A stretch of 62,637 bases of DNA, the filler included, from Choristocarpus tenellus KU-1152 (Eukaryota; Protista; Phaeophyceae), in the NCBI GenBank assembly GCA_964200185.2. It is 11 parts of 11 records of this genome, joined end to end, with 100 filler letters (N's around TTAATTAATTAA, not from the genome) between each part and the next. Parts side by side here need not be neighbours in the genome. Positions count along the whole stretch, not along the records: positions 51,944 to 62,637 come from CAXNAD020002778.1; 10 more parts are not named here. One strand, given 5' to 3'. The notes beneath the pieces were generated by a model. The model saw only the letters and a list, made by a program, of their open reading frames with translations, did not search any database and was not told where the DNA came from. Position 1 is the first letter of the stretch; every line of letters starts with the position of its first letter. Positions 61,400 to 62,637 of this stretch are shown piece by piece. A program made the position numbers and the translations under genes.

Positions 61400-62180
61400 C
61401 TGGTGCCTATTCCTCCTCTAACCTTGTGTGGGAAGATGTATCCAGAAAGCTCTCTTTAATTAATGCGCCCAGTTTGGATACATCTATGCCAGTTTGGATA
61501 CATCTATGCCAGTTTGGCCCATGCCGTGAGTGTGTCTGCCCATAGACTCCAGTTATAACAAGAGTTCACTGAGTTGTGGACCAGCACTCACTATGTTGCA
61601 CCTCATGTATGAACCGATGTCTTGCAGTGTCGGCATCACTGTCAGTACCAGTACCAACCACTACCTTGCTCAAGCAGCAAATGAAGATAGCCCTCATGGA
61701 AGATGGTCCGCTAGCTAACTTCATATACTACCTCCAGTGTTATGAATAACACAAAAACGTTACCTTCAGTGGTGTTATGCGAGTGTACTGTTCTTGCAAG
61801 TGAAGCAAGCAACCACTGAAGCCGAGTTTTGAGCATACCCTGACCTCACCAAGGAGAATTTTGTACTCTTTGATGCTGGTGCAAAATATAATATGGTACA
61901 GGAGGTTTTTGGCTCAGCCCAGGGGTCGATCATCCAACTTGAAGGAGACGTCATTAATTTACTCACAAAGGAGTTCAATGAAGCTCGATATCACTATTCA
62001 ACTACATGAAGAGAGCAATCTGCTATCACTCACTGGCATTTCTATCTCTGCAGTAGAATCTTGTACAGCATGTTGGATTCCAGCAACACACTTTCTCATT
62101 GAGCTATTGCCCTCCTACTTCATGATTTCACTATTAAACACAATCCTGGTAAAGCTGAATGTTACACTCTGATATACTCT
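61400..62180 (+). mobile_element. Highly degenerate Ty3/gypsy RT-connection/RNase H remnant
   Basis: AYPDLTKENFVLFDAG...KEFNEARYHYSTT*REQSAI...LHDFTIKHNPGK resembles gypsy LAYPDFxKPF...DAS...NYSTTERE...FxIxHxPGK. A 20-bp tandem duplication lies at 61469-61517. Confidence 0.7.
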
Positions 62181-62533
62181 CTACTCAAGCAGTCGTTCCA
62201 AGTTACGGGAAAGATCCGTTCCGTTGTACCAATACTTACCACCCACCTAGAGGAGTGTTCCTAGTGGTAATCATCTATTAGTATATACCACACACTAATA
62301 AGGAATATTAGTATCAGTTATATGCTTCCACCCTCGATCAGGCAACTGTCAATTCCAATGAGATCACTTATTATTATTACTATTATTTCTTATGAGCTAT
62401 TCACTAGCTCTACTGCAACAATCCCTGACCCTAACCCATATCAATTGCAAAAGGGCAGTAACCCGCTTACAGTCCTGACCCTAACCCTAACCCAGTGTTG
62501 CCTTACTTCCCCCCAAAAAAACATCTATGTCTA

Positions 62534-62637
62534 GAGCCAGAGTATCTGGGGGGGGGGGGGGGGGGGGCAACACCAGAGGGTCCATTTTGGGCAAAAAACA
62601 AAAAAAGGCAACAAAAATCATCCCCCCTACGTAAACA
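62534..62637 (+). mobile_element. MITE family A left end at the window end; further fragments at 61329-61380 and 29421-29445
   Basis: gagccagagtatctg-polyG-caacaccagagggtccattttgggc. Confidence 0.7.

Overview
Eukaryotic, intron-rich nuclear DNA. A brown-algal or related stramenopile source is my inference from the long introns, short exons and TTAGGG repeats; it is not proven. The window is not contiguous: 11 contigs of about 3.7-10.7 kb are joined by ten identical artificial 100-nt linkers (N44-TTAATTAATTAA-N44), so adjacency across linkers has no biological meaning. Spliced gene models I rebuilt by hand with consistent phases: partial HYOU1/GRP170-type Hsp70, complete ESCRT-III VPS2/CHMP2, partial ubiquitin-like-domain gene, partial Nudix hydrolase, partial coiled-coil gene, partial USP34/USP24/USP9-type deubiquitinase, an HPS3-like terminal exon and the 3' part of an unknown gene. 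There is also an intronless 3-TM membrane protein ORF ending at a possibly premature TAA, and an IQ-motif pseudogene. Mobile DNA includes two Ty1/copia relics, one Ty3/gypsy relic, an intronic plant-type (DD39D-like) mariner relic, a TTAA/GGG foldback element, a Helentron/DINE-like element, and three MITE families sharing one bipartite end architecture with 3-bp TSDs. The most unusual signals are (1) these shared-end MITEs, (2) short TTAGGG arrays scattered in both orientations through introns and once in-frame in an exon, and (3) CpG-rich promoters against CpG-poor gene bodies. No prokaryotic defence system, CRISPR array or viral hallmark gene was recognised.
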